Of a stretch of 64,000 nucleotides of DNA, positions 50,241 to 63,263 are shown one piece after another. The notes under the pieces were generated by a model that was not told where the DNA came from, ran no database searches, and saw only the letters and a list, made by a program, of their open reading frames with translations. This DNA comes from Octopus sinensis (Eukaryota). Position 1 is the first letter of the stretch. Every line of letters begins with the position of its first letter. The position numbers and the translations under genes were made by a program. The stretch is from positions 23,002,001-23,066,000 of the forward strand of contig NC_043020.1 of the NCBI RefSeq assembly GCF_006345805.1, in the 5' to 3' direction.

Positions 50241-51161
50241 CGTTTCTGCCAGCTCGCCGCCTTCAGTTTCTTTCAGTTTCTATCTAACAAATCCACTCAC
50301 GAGGTTTTGTTCGGCCCAAGGCTACATTAGAGGACATTTGCCCATGGTACCTCACACGTGGTTGAGAAGCAACCTTCTTACCACACCGCCACGCCTAAGA
50401 ATATCTTTCAGCGGTTCATCAATATGTATTCTCTAAACAGTATGAACTTCCCACTTAAAGCACTCAGGAAATAAATAAATAGAACAGAATAAATTTAATG
50501 GACAAAACATTCGTTTGACTAATTCGGTGGTACTCATAAAAAAGCTCCTTAATGGATCAGGCTAAAAGCCACGAAGTAAACCAAAACAAAACACAGGGAT
50601 GCAATGAATAGTCTGATGCAGATGAAATGCAGAAAATCCAGTGATTATATTAGGAGTGTATAAAATATGAAGCGAGGAGGTCTAAGATGAAAAAAATTAT
50701 TTCGCTAATTGACATCCATACAATGACGTTCGTTTTGCAGCCATTTTCATATAAAAACTATTTTAGAGTATGATAAATGCATAATAAATTCTTTTACATG
50801 CCTGTATTAATGTGTATGATATAAATTATATAACTCACTTGTATGAATTATAAATTAATCCATTCATATGGATTTTCCATCAGCAATATTATCAAACTAA
50901 CATTTCAATGCAGCAAACTCATACGCTACATCCTACGAACATTCATGACAAGGAAACCAGTAGTTAGTTTTATTTTTAGGGGACAACCCTAGTTCTGAGC
51001 AGTTTATATTACTGCTTACAATTTTAATCTTCTAACTCATCCGGTCGCATCGAAAAAATTGAAGGGTTACAAGGAACGTTCACTGGTAAAATACCTTCGG
51101 TTAAAAGTCTTATTTACCGAGAATGTCTGAAAGCGCTGAGTCTCTTGACGCCGAAGAGCGA

Positions 51162-51194
<33 letters not shown>

Positions 51195-51207
51195 TATGTA
51201 TATATAT

Positions 51208-51277
<70 letters not shown>

Positions 51278-51451
51278 GTTTAAATATTTGTTCTGCAAGA
51301 TTTTTATGTGAAGTCGTGTGTTGAAACAGATATTGTTATATTTCGGAATGGTCATATTGCCAGTTTAGCCAATAAAAACACACGCACTATATATTTGGTG
51401 TTATTTTGCTTCAGTGATATTTATTTTTTACATTAATCTTAATCTTATTTC

Positions 51452-51496
51452 GGCCAAAGTTCTTTCGTCACACTCCTGTGACCGCATCAGTGGTCC
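51452..51496 (-). ncRNA. Degenerate minimal HHR in PLE pLTR (C at position 9)
   Basis: Minus strand: GGACCA CTGATGC G GTCAC-AGGAGT-GTGAC GAAA GAAC TT TGGCC. Confidence 0.5.
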
Positions 51497-51988
51497 TTTG
51501 TTTTCTTCTCACTTACTGTGTCTCTCCTTACTAACCGTCAGCCATTTTGTATTTCTATTGTATGTCTTCATTGCGCATGCTTATATCTCTATGTGCGTCT
51601 ATGTTTATTTAGTGTGTGTGTGGGGGGGATGCCTGTAATATTTGTATCTTCTGGTTATATACATTCTTGTAATTTGTATTTGTTGTTGTTGTTGCTTTTG
51701 TTCTAATTTTGTTCATGTGTTTACATCCACCCATTATTATCATACATATGCTTGTATGTATGTATAACAACATATTAGTAATAATAATAATAAATCTAAT
51801 CGAAAAAAAAAAAAAAAAAAATATACATATACATATATTATATACATACATAACATATATATATATACATATATACACACATATATACACATATACATAT
51901 ACATATATAACACATATACATATATAGATATTCATTTCTATTTCTTTAATTACCTGTGTATTTATTATGTTTGCAGGATCCACTATTG

Positions 51989-54389
51989 TCATATGTTGTG
52001 GTGTGCGCTATTGCTCCATTCTAGTTTTCTATTCAGGCTAGGTTTATTTTCTATTATATGTGTAGCTTCTGTAATTTGTCTAATTGTTGCATCTGTTCTA
52101 TGTGTGGACAATATCTTAATCTCTATGTTATTGATTGATCCCCCGTGTTCTTGTTCGGCGTGTTGGTACAGAATCGATGAGCTTTTACCTTCCTTGAGTT
52201 GTCTCCAATGTTCATTCACCCGCTCACCAATGCTTCTTGCAGTTTCCCCTACGTATGTTACTGTCTTGTTACTGCATCGTCCCTCTATACATCTTATACT
52301 ATAGACCACATTTCTGGCTTTACAGTTCGTTTGTGGGCTAAATCTACATACAGTGCAATAGTTATCCGTACAGAGAGTTCTACTAAAAGGATAGCTTCTA
52401 CCAATTATAGATCTGATAAGGTTGCCTGGCTTTTCAACAACCTTAATTCTTAGTTTAAGTTTATCTAGGGTCCTTCTAAAGCGGTACGCTAGTTCACCTC
52501 CAGGGGTGGTGTCAACGAACATGACACTCTGGTATTTATGGCTATCATACCAAGAGTTGGCCTTCCCTATTTTCTTTTTTGTCCTTTCTATAGTGTTCCA
52601 TGACTTGTTCCTATAGAGTGGGCAAATCCATTCCTATCATTACATAATATATTATCAAATTTTCTCATGGCTCCTTTGTATACTCTGATCCTTTCTTTAT
52701 GGCTGTAACCTGAGAACTGCATGCGGTGAATGAAATACTGTATGTGTCTCTTTAATTCTGTAGGCTCGCACATGCGTGACACATTTCTCATTATTCTGAC
52801 GAGGTCTGCCATCAAAATATTGAATTTGGCATTGCCCGCAATGGCTGAGTTCCGGTGGATCAGGTATTTTGAGGCCATAGGTTTTGCATAGTATGAATGA
52901 AGGATTTGGGTTTTATTTTTCACAATTTCTAGCCAGAGTTCAGTGTCTAGTACTGGTAGTCTATGGTGGGGGGTGTTTAGTGGGGTAGTCTATTGTGACC
53001 TTAATACTCTGGTGGATGGAGTTAGCTATTTGCTGGATGCTCTCCATAGTATTAGTTTCTATTACCATATCAACAGTACTCTTTGTGGGGGTGCCTTTAC
53101 TACTATATTGATATCATCAACATAGCGAGAGTACATGTTTACGAGTATGGATTTCTGCAGTAGGCATTCTTTAAGCCTTCTGTCCCACCATACCATGAAG
53201 AGGTTGGCCACATCACCAGCGATACTAACACCGATGGCTGCCCCCTCGTCCTGGGCATATATTTTATTATTAAATTTAAATGTGTGGCCTTTTAGGGTAA
53301 CTCTTATACTAGCTCCTAGTGCATGTGCGATCATTTTCTTTACCTGATGGACATTTGCGGGGCTCCGTATGGCTCTGGTCCATCCGCGCCATCTTTCTAT
53401 ATGTGTCTTCCTAGCCATAGAAGTAATTGTAGGCGGTCTACCTCTTAAACATCTACTGGGGCAGAGAAACTACTAAGATTATGTTTATCTAAGTATTCCA
53501 CTATTATATGTCAGTCTAAGTAGGAGGCCCGGTTCTTCTGTGTCGACATTACAGAACTCCACCTGGCTCTCGTTGATCATCTCCACGCACTTCTCCACTG
53601 CAAAATCTACGTCAATCGATGGGTATAGGGATACCACATCCATGCTACCTACTATACATCCTGTCAAGTCACAAGTTTTGTTACAGTCACTGATCCTGCT
53701 TAGGAGATCTCTTGTGTGCTGTCACACACATCAGGTGACATCCTGATTATAGGGCGTATGATCATTGAGAGGAAGTAGGAGATTCTGTAATTGCTAGCGA
53801 TATTCGCTCCACAGACTGGTCTTGTTGGTGGTCCTGCTATAGGGTCAGGAAAACCTTTATGGTCCTTGCGAAGTCCATACAGTGCCGGGATATCATTGTT
53901 CCAGGCTTGGAAATCTTTGCAGTACGTTTCTGAGGTCCCAGAACAATTGTCCACATCATCATGTGGGCATTGAGGACCTTTTCTCTCCCCTCATGCGCCT
54001 GTACAGTTGTTACTTTTGTATTGGCGATATGAGGTTGCATTGCCTGGATGTAGTTCGGTAAGCTGTCTATTGACATCCTGCGGACTTATCCGGGGGAAGC
54101 TATCACCTCTCCGTTCCTCGTGCGCTGAATGAGCTTCTGTAGGCCACATGCAGGTTTAATCCCTAGTGTTGGGCATCTGTCTTATTCTGTTCTGTCTCTT
54201 AATGTATAATCCTAAAATCTGTCTAAGTTTGGTCCTAGCTATAGTGAACTGTGCTTCCATGTGGTCATTAGTACGTCTTGGGATGTATACTCTTTTGTTG
54301 AAGGGTAATGTTGTTGGATAAATTCGGTTCATGCAGTAAGTTTTGTCGCATACGTTGAAGAATTGAGTGTCAAAGGGATGGGTATACAT
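51989..54389 (-). pseudogene. Disrupted PLE RT/GIY-YIG ORF
   Basis: ORF-track pieces 53700-53954, 53485-53667, 53062-53418, 52588-52923 and 51989-52522 give colinear RT, thumb and endonuclease motifs. Confidence 0.88.
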
Positions 54390-54399
54390 GTCAATGGTC

Positions 54400-54800
54400 T
54401 ACTCTTTTACTCTTTTACTCTTTTACTTGTTTCAGTCATTTGACTGCGGCCATGCTGGAGCACCACCTTTAATCGAGCAACTCGACACCGGGACTTATTC
54501 TTTTGTAAGCCCAGTACTATTCTATCGGTCTCTTTTGCCGAACCGCTTAAGTAACGGGCATAACACACCAGCATCACTTGTCAAGCAATGCTAGGGGACA
54601 AACACACAAACACCACCACCATATATATACATATATACGACGGGCTTCTTTCAGTTTCCGTCTACCAAATCCACTCACAAGGCTTTGGTCGGCCCGATGC
54701 TATAGTAGAAGACACTTGCCCAAGGTGCCACACAGTGGGAATGAACCCGGAACCATGTGGTTGGTAAACAAGCTACTTACCACACAGCCACTCCTGCGCC
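54400..54800 (-). mobile_element. SINE family A inserted into the PLE ORF
   Basis: Full copy with (CTTTTA)n-type tail; splits the PLE N-terminal coding region. Confidence 0.85.
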
Positions 54801-55352
54801 ACTCCTCTCTAGGGTTATCTTCATTATCGTTACTGTTTCCAACATCAGCCTTCCTATTATTATTATCACCATTACCACTACTACTACTACTAGTATTCCT
54901 ATTACCACCACAACTATCACTACTATCCTCATTACTACTTCTACTGTTACCATCACCACTACTACTACCACTATTATTGTTATTACCTTTATTCCTACCA
55001 TTGCCATTATTACTATCATCGCTAGTGATATATTCATTGTTCCTGTTTCTGGTATATGTGTTGTTTATATTAGTGTTGGGTTTTTAGTCTGTCTGTTGGT
55101 CCCTGTCAATCCCCCTGTTGCGGTCGTTTTTTGTTCCTATGATATTGTTATCTGTTTCAAGTCCGCTGACTCCCTGTCCAAGGATCCTGTTGCATTCAAC
55201 TTTATTCTCCATCGTGACCCCTATGACAAACTTTTATTCGTGTCTTTGTGACTATGGCTATCTGGTGTGTGTGTTTGTGTGTCGGTTCTCCCTATAATTG
55301 TTGTTGTTGTTGCTGTTGGTAACATTTTTTTTTTTTTTCTATACGATTTTTT

Positions 55353-57209
55353 GACAGTAACATACGTAGGGGAAAGAATGCCTACTGCAGAAATCCATAC
55401 TCGTAACATGTACTCTCGCTATGTTGATGATCAATATAGTGTAAAGGCACCCCCCAAGAGAGTACTGTTGATATAGTAATAGAAACTAATACTATGGAGA
55501 GCATCCAGCAAATAGCTACTCCATCCACCAGAGTATTAAGGTCACAATAGACTACCCCACTAAACACCCCAACCATAGACTACCAGTACTAGACACTGAA
55601 CTCTGGCTAGAAATGTGAAAATAAAACCCAAATCCTTCATTCATACTATGCAAAACCTATGGCCTCAAATACCTGATCCACCGGAACTCAGCCATTGCGG
55701 GCAATGCCAAATTCAATATTTTGATGGCAGACCTCGTCAGAATAATGAGAAATGTGTCACGCATGTGCGAGCCTACAGAATTAAAGAGACACATACAGTA
55801 TTTCATTCACCGCATGCAGTTCTCAGGTTACAGCATAAAGAAAGGATCAGAGTATACAAAGGAGCCATGAAGAAATTTGATAATATATTATTTAATGATA
55901 GGAATGGGATTTGCCCACTCTATAGTAACAAGTCATGGAACACTATAGAAAGGACAAAAAAGAAAATAGGGAAGGCCAACTCTTGGTATGATAGCCATAA
56001 ATACCAGAGTGTTCATGTTCGTTGACACCACCCCTGGAGGTGAACTAGCGTACCGCTTTAGAAGACGGACCTAGATAAACTTAAACTAAGAATTAAGGTG
56101 TTGAAAAGCCAGGCAACCCTATCAGATCTATAATTGGTAGAAGATCCTTTTAGTAGAACTCTCTGTACGGATAACTATTGCACTGTATGTAGATTTAGCC
56201 CACAAACGAACTGTAAAGCCAGAAATGTGGTCTATAGTATAAGATGTATAGAGGGACGATGCAGTAACAAGACAGTAACAACATACGTAGGGGAAACTGC
56301 AAGAAGCATTGGTGAGCGGGTGAATGAACATTGGAGACAACTCAAGGAAGGTAAAAGCTCATCGATTCTGTACCAACACGCCGAACAAGAACACGGGGGA
56401 TCAATCAATAACATAGAGATTAAGATATTGTCCACCATAGAACAGATGCAACAATTAGACAAATTACAGAAGCTACACATATAATAGAAAATAAACCTAG
56501 CCTGAATAGAAAACTAGAATGGAGCAATGCGCACACCACACACATATGACAATAGTGGATCCTGCAAACATAATAAATACACAGGTAATTAAAGAAATAG
56601 AAATGAATATCTATATATATGTATATGTGTATATATATGTATATGTATATGTGTATATATGTGTGTATATATGTATATATATATATATGTATATGTATGT
56701 ATATATATAATGTATATGTACATTCTTTTTTTTTTTTTTTCGATTAGATTTATTATTATTATTACTAATATTGTTTGTTATCATACATACAAGCATATGT
56801 AATGATAATAATGGGTGGAGTAAACACATGAACAAAATAGAACAAAAGCAACAACAAAAAACAAAATACAAATTACAAGAATGTATATAACCAGAAGATA
56901 CAAATATTACAGGCATCCCCCCCCACACACACTAAATAAACATAGACGCACATAGATATAAGCATGCGCAAATGAAGACATACAATAGAAATACAAAATG
57001 GCTGACGGTTAGTAAGGAGAGACACAGTAAGTGAGAAGAAACAAAGGACCACTGATGCGGTCACAGGAGTGTGACGAAAGAACTTTGGCCGAAATAAGAT
57101 TAAGATTAATGTAAAAAATAAATATCACTGAAGCAAAATAACACCAAATATATAGTGCGTGTGTTTTTATTGGCTAAACTGGCCATATGACCATTCCGAA
57201 ATATAACAA

Positions 57210-57210
<1 letters not shown>
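55353..57210 (+). mobile_element. Inverted partial copy (about 1.85 kb, 3' part) of the same PLE
   Basis: Reverse complement of about 51340-53172 with scattered 1-3 nt indels; includes RT C-terminus, endonuclease and pLTR; ends in a long (TA)n. Confidence 0.9.
57046..57090 (+). ncRNA. Degenerate minimal HHR in PLE pLTR (C at position 9), inverted-arm copy
   Basis: GGACCA CTGATGC G GTCAC-AGGAGT-GTGAC GAAA GAAC TT TGGCC; identical to 51452-51496. Confidence 0.5.
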
Positions 57211-57410
<200 letters not shown>

Positions 57411-57738
57411 TATATCACCTTCGTATGGAACAATTGTTGGGGGACATATGCGTAGTGGTTAAGAGCGCGGGTTACTAACCCCAAGATTCCGAGTTCGAAG
57501 CACTTCGCCCGGCGTGCTAATGTTTCTGCCAGCTCACCGCCTTTATAGCATGAAAGGCAAAGTCGACCTCGGCGGAATTTGAACTCAGAACGTAGCGGCG
57601 GACGAAATACTGGTAAGCATTTCTCCCGGCGTGCTAACGTTTCTTTTGTATACTAGTACACTCACGCATATATATGACTATATATTTATGTGCGTATATA
57701 TATATATCTATATATATATCTCTATATATATATGTGTA

Positions 57739-57793
<55 letters not shown>

Positions 57794-57879
57794 TATTTAT
57801 ATATATAGACATATGCATGTAAGTATAAATGTATACATGCGTCCATACACATGTATGTAGATATACGTGTATGTATTAT

Positions 57880-57914
<35 letters not shown>

Positions 57915-58624
57915 TGATACAGGTGGTTACACGCACGCACGCACACATTTCGATTAAGTGAATTAGGAGGGAAAGACAAATTTTGCTATAAGAACCAAAA
58001 CAATATCTGCAACCAGAAGAACCTATTAGAGGTTTTCGAAATGTTCGTGTTATATCTTATAACATTGATGAAAATAAAAGATCAGGACACAAGATATAGA
58101 TAATGATAGAATTCGAAATATTGCCCTTCCATTGTCTAAACTCTATAATAGATATAATACCAAAACTGATCTCGAATTTTGTATATAAAAATACAAACGG
58201 TTTCGTTGCGTGTAATGGCGTTTTCTTGTTCATTATTTCAAACGCTCGGCAAGGCTTTCATATTTCCTTCTATCAAGTTGTCCCTCGCTACCAGTTTCTC
58301 TCTGTCTCTCTCTCTTTTCCCTCTCTCTCCTCCCCGCGCTGTCTCCGCCCCCCTTCTCTCTCTGCGTCTGTCTGTCTGTATGTCTTGCTTATCCCCGTCG
58401 TCCCCCTTGTTTTTTATCTTTGTCATTCATAACGGTTTTCGTTTGTTGCTTGATATTAAGTGATTCAGCTCACTTGCCTTTTAGAAATAAATGTTAAAAT
58501 GTCTTAACAATGGGTCTTTATTATTCAGTTAATTAGTTCCTGTAGCACATACACATGCAAACACCACACACACACACACCACACACACGTACATACAAAT
58601 ATACAGACATAGTTTCACATAAAC

Positions 58625-58665
<41 letters not shown>

Positions 58666-58742
58666 GTATGTATGTATGTATGTAGTATGTATGTATGTAT
58701 GTTATGTATGTATGTATGTATGTATGTATGTATGTATGTATG

Positions 58743-58774
<32 letters not shown>

Positions 58775-58776
58775 GA

Positions 58777-58820
<44 letters not shown>

Positions 58821-59168
58821 ATACATATATATATATCCCGCTCAGAGTCAAGGCTTGTGTGGAAAAGATTTTCTTAGACTTATAGACAAACATTTCACAC
58901 ACACACACACATATAAATACAGGCATTTATTTAACAGACACAGCACCTAAGAGTCTCCTTTAATTTTGCATCTAATATAAAAAAAAAAAACATTTTAACA
59001 AGTAGCCACAATACAAGGGAGGAGGCAGGTTGCTCTTCCAGGGTATATAATAAAAGTTCAGTAGGAGGCTGATGCGAGGCTGAAGGAGTCATAGATAATA
59101 CCTAAACCTGCTATCCGCAAGAACAGCATCGTACCATCAAAGAGCAATATTATTAGTATATTAACCAG

Positions 59169-59312
59169 ATCTCACGCCAATGCAATTGCCACGCCCGGAG
59201 ATAATAACCAGTCCGGGAACAGCGTCACAGAGTGCATCACCGAAGACCCTGGTACGACCGCCACAGATAATGAACAAACCCTTGACATAAACAGAGTGAC
59301 CAGGCTTGCAAC
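59169..59312 (+). CDS. Candidate internal exon (SHANAIATPGDNNQSGNSVTECITEDPGTTATDNEQTLDINRVTRLAT)
   Basis: tattaaccAG acceptor, GTATGA donor, 144 nt symmetric phase 2-2; GC-richer unique sequence; the frame stays open upstream to 59095, so the acceptor is uncertain. Confidence 0.4.
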
Positions 59313-59559
59313 GTATGAGAGAGAGAGAGAAAGAGAGAGAGAGATATGAAGATATATTAGTACACACATATATACGTGCATTGATATATATATATATATA
59401 TATATATGTCGTGTTATTATTATTTTTATTGTCATTTTTATTGTATTTTTGTATTTATATTCGTGTAACATCGTCTGTTTTTCCGTCCTTGTTTTCGTAT
59501 ACATTCGATGCTTTCTTCCAAAGAATCTAATGCTCTTAGCTTAGTTTTTCCTTGGGGAT

Positions 59560-59735
59560 GGCCAGATTCGAGTAATCTCAAGACCAAGCAGCAGAAATTG
59601 CGAGGATGATCCGGTTCTTGACTGAAGATAAAAGGCTCCTTGTTTTTTTGTATCGTCTATCTGGATGTTTTGTTGTACCTTTTTGTATCACCTAGTTGTC
59701 CGGATGGTTTGCGTTCTTGTCCCATTTTGTTTATA
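59560..59735 (+). repeat. Dispersed repeat; inverted copy at 27060-27200
   Basis: Shared gaaattgcgaggatgatccggttcttgactgaagat...tgcgttcttgtccc, ending in (TA)n. Confidence 0.75.
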
Positions 59736-59849
59736 TATATACATACATATATATATATATGCATGCACACGCACACAAGCACACACACATATATGAGGAA
59801 GTGATTATTAATAGTATTTATACTGTATATTGGTATATTTGTGTGTGTG

Positions 59850-59947
59850 TATTGCTATTATTATTATTATTATTATTATCATTATTATTAATACTACTAC
59901 TACTGGTGGTGGTGGTGGTGGTGGTGGTTGTGGTGGTGGTGGTAGTG

Positions 59948-60026
<79 letters not shown>

Positions 60027-60035
60027 CAGCAGTAG
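59850..60035. repeat. (TAT)(GGT)(TAG)n compound repeat
   Basis: Directly visible. Confidence 0.95.
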
Positions 60036-60496
60036 CAGCGGTTGCAGAAACAATAAAGTTAAACATCAGCAAATCAAAGAATGTACTCAACGGCTTTGAA
60101 GGCAGAGTGCGTCGTTTTATATTTCAAAGTTTACTTGTAAGATGTTACATCTAGTAAACAGCAAAACTGCTTCTGGAACCATCAGGATTAAGAGAATAGG
60201 TTCAACCCCCCACCCCCACCCCACCCACCCCCACCCCACACACAAACACACACACACATATATATATACATATGTGTATGTATGTATGTATGTATGTATG
60301 TATGTATGTATGTATGTATGTATGTACGCATGTCCAATTATATAAAGACGTTCAGAAGTGCATATATTAGATATACATACTTGTATATAAATATATGTAC
60401 ATTCACGGACACACACACAAACTTACACGTTGTACATATACGCACAAATGTACACACACCCCGGCGCGCAAACACACTCACACACACACACACAGG

Positions 60497-60926
60497 CATT
60501 TTGGCTCGTATTTCTAGCAATGAATGTGTTTTTTAACACACTAGTCACATTTAGTAACAATTACAATTCTCCATTTTGGTGAAACATTGTAACTTGCTGT
60601 TTATAGTAATTTTATGTATACACAATAGCGAATCGCTAAATCATCCATTAATCTGGACGACGAAAACTTACATACTAATAGAGAAGCAAGCCAAAGAATG
60701 TCGAGATCGAGCGGGCTAACTGATGAGGCAGCAGAAATAGCCGAAACTGACGTCAGTATTAAGAATTCTCGATCGGCACTTTATATTCATGGGCGTTAAC
60801 TACAGCATTAGAGCATTTTAGCCCGTATTTCTAGCAATGTTGGTGTTTTCTAACACCCTGGTCACATTTAGTTCGAATTATTTTCCTCTTTGGTGCAACA
60901 TTGCAACCTGCTGTTTATATATATAT
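60497..60926 (+). mobile_element. Retrozyme-like unit: ~110-bp direct repeats (period ~317 bp) around a full HHR
   Basis: 60497-60606 is similar to 60814-60918 (gcatttt.g..cgtatttctagcaatg...tgctgtttata); HHR at 60705-60774; no coding capacity. Confidence 0.65.
60705..60774 (+). ncRNA. Full type I HHR, canonical core, stem I with internal loop, GUA site
   Basis: GATCGAG-CGGGC-TAA CTGATGA GGC-AGCAGAAATA-GCC GAAA CTGACGTCAG TA TTA-AGAATT-CTCGATC; stem III is the 12-bp palindrome ACTGACGTCAGT. Confidence 0.9.
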
Positions 60927-63219
60927 TTGTTTGGCATCCTTTCTGTCTCGGGAGACAATGGAGTTGCGCATTTTTTTTTTCTAGGTCTAGCCGGCTGTTA
61001 TATTTATTTCCTGTTACATTTCTTGCTGTGGCTGTGTAGTCCTATCCTGGACAAACACTCCCTCTGGCAGGTACTGCAAATGTAGCGAAGACTGTTCCTG
61101 CTGATTGTAGTGCCATGGTCTCTTGTTTATGTCTCTTCCTATCTTTCTATTTCTCCTCTCTCTTTCTGTCACTCCTCTGTATACCTCTTTTACTGTACGT
61201 CGCCATTCTCCACGGTTGCCGGCGACTGCCTCCCAACCGCTAATGTTGATGTTGCAGGCCTTCATATCCCTTTTGCAACATCCTTGTAACGCAAGATCGG
61301 TCTACCCACAGACCTAGTACCCCTAGCAAGCTCTCCGTAGAGTATGTCCTTGGGGATTCTGCCATCTTTCATACGGCTAACATGCCCAAGCCATCTCATA
61401 CGTCTTTGTGTGAGGAGTGCAAACATGCTTGGTATTCCTGCTTGCCTGAGGACATCTTTGTTGGGGATATGATTCTGCCATTTGATGTGGAGGATTTTTC
61501 GGAGGCAGCGCAGGTGAAAAATGTTTAGGCGACGCTCTTGGCGTGTGTATAGCGTCCAGGTCTCGCTTCCATACAGTAGAGTGCTGAGTACACATGCCTG
61601 GTAGATCTTCATTTTGTGGTCTTGGTCAGCTTATTGTTGTCCCAAGCCCGTTTGGAGAGTTGGGCCATCGCAGCAGCTGCCTTGCCAATGCGTATATTGA
61701 GCTCAGCGTCAAGGGATAGGTTGTAGGTGACGGTAGAGCCCAGATAGGTAAACTTCTCCACCTCTTGTAATCTGTCGTCTCCAATATGTATGTTTGGGAT
61801 GTCCGATGTAGCCTGGCCCATGATGTTGGCCTTCTTAAGGCTGATAGCTAAGCCAAAGTCGTTACATGCTTGCTCAAAACAGTTAACGAGCCTTTGGAGG
61901 GCTTCTTCTGTGTGTGTTACCAGAGCGGCATCATCAGCAAATAACATCTCCTTGATCAGGACGTTTCTGATTTTGGTCTTGGCACGCAGGCGCGAGTGAT
62001 TGAACAGTTTCCCGTCACTTCTACTGTGCAGAAACACTCCATCATCTGATGTCTGAAAGGCATGTGACAGCAAGAGTGAGAAGAAGATGCCAAACAATGT
62101 AGGAGTGAGGACACAGCCTTGCTTTACCCCGTTTTTTATTTGGAAGGCGGCTGATGTTGAACCGTTGTGCTGTATGGTGCCTTGCATGTCATCATGGAAA
62201 GACTTGATGATCCTCAGCAGCTTTGGTGGACATCGATTTTTGGAGCAGGAGGAAGAGGCCTGTTCTGCTTACCGAGTCAAAAGCCTTTGTTAGATCAATG
62301 AAGGCCATATATAATGGCATTTTCTGCTCTCTGGACTTCTCCTGAAGTTGGCGTATGGAGATATCATATCGATAGTTGATCTGCTTCTTCTAAAGCCCAC
62401 ATGCGATTCCGGATAGATTCGAGAAGCAAGTAGTTGTAGCCTGGCCAGGATAACGCGGGCAAAGGTCTTCCAACAGTGCTTAGAAGGGATATACCACGGT
62501 AATTGTTACAATCACCACGGTCACCTTTGTTTTTGTAGAGGCGTAATGATGTTGGCATCCCGCATATCCTGAGGGACTGTACCCTCTTCCCAGCACTGAC
62601 ACAGAAGCTCATGAAGGTGCCGAAGCAGGATGGTGTTTTTGCCGGCTTTGATGATCTCTGAGGGGATGCCGTCTTTTCCCGGAGCCTTATTTCTTGCTAG
62701 GGAGTCAACAGCCTTGGTGAGCTCTGCTATAGATGGCGGACTGTCAAGTTCGCACATGACTGGCAAGATCTTGACACTCTCGACTGCAGCCTCAGCCACT
62801 GTGGTCTCCCGTGAGTAGAGATCCTGGTAGTGCTCCACCCATCTATCCATTTGCTTGCCTTGATCCCTGATGAGATCTCCAGTAGTTGATTTCAGAGGGG
62901 CTGACTTAGTTGCGGATGGACCGAGGGCCTTCTTCAAACCAGCATACATCCCACGGGTGTCGCCCCTGTCAGCAGCTGACTGGATACTCTGACAGATTTC
63001 CTGCCAATACCTATTGCACAGCATCTGGCTGTCAGTTGGGTTTTATTTCGTGCCTTTCTGAGTTCTTCGAGTGACTTTGTAGAAGAGTCACTCTTGTATT
63101 GCACCAGAGCTGCACGCTTTGCTTCGATAACTGGCTCCAGCTCTGAGAGCCCAGCATTGAACCAATCTGGGTTTTGCCTTTCTCTCATGCCGAAAGTATC
63201 CAATGATGTCGTATACAAG
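60927..63219 (-). mobile_element. RTE-clade LINE, 5'-truncated, with target-site duplication
   Basis: NYRGISLLS, QGCVLTPTLF, LFADD, LLYGSETW, RWLGHVSRM, C-terminal CSTCQRECLSRIGLHSH; 3' stem-loop tgtctcccgagaca; GCTGTTTATATATATAT at both 60910-60926 and 63220-63236. Confidence 0.93.
61004..63218 (-). pseudogene. Disrupted RTE reverse transcriptase ORF
   Basis: Six or more frameshifted ORF pieces; stop TAA at 61004-61006. Confidence 0.9.
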
Positions 63220-63230
63220 GCTGTTTATAT

Positions 63231-63261
<31 letters not shown>

Positions 63262-63263
<2 letters not shown>

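Larger units (their letters stand above)
51278..55330 (-). mobile_element. Penelope-like retroelement (second lineage), decayed, interrupted by a SINE at about 54400-54800
   Basis: Minus-strand GSMDVVSLYPSID, GAAIG, YSRYVDD, FVDTTPGGELA, CTDNYCTVC, VVYSIRC...YVGET; pLTR with HHR; ends in (TA)n. Confidence 0.9.

Noticed and set aside
59560-59640. GAAA...CTGAAGA in the 27.1/59.6-kb repeat as a permuted HHR
   Set aside because: I could not build consistent stems in both copies.
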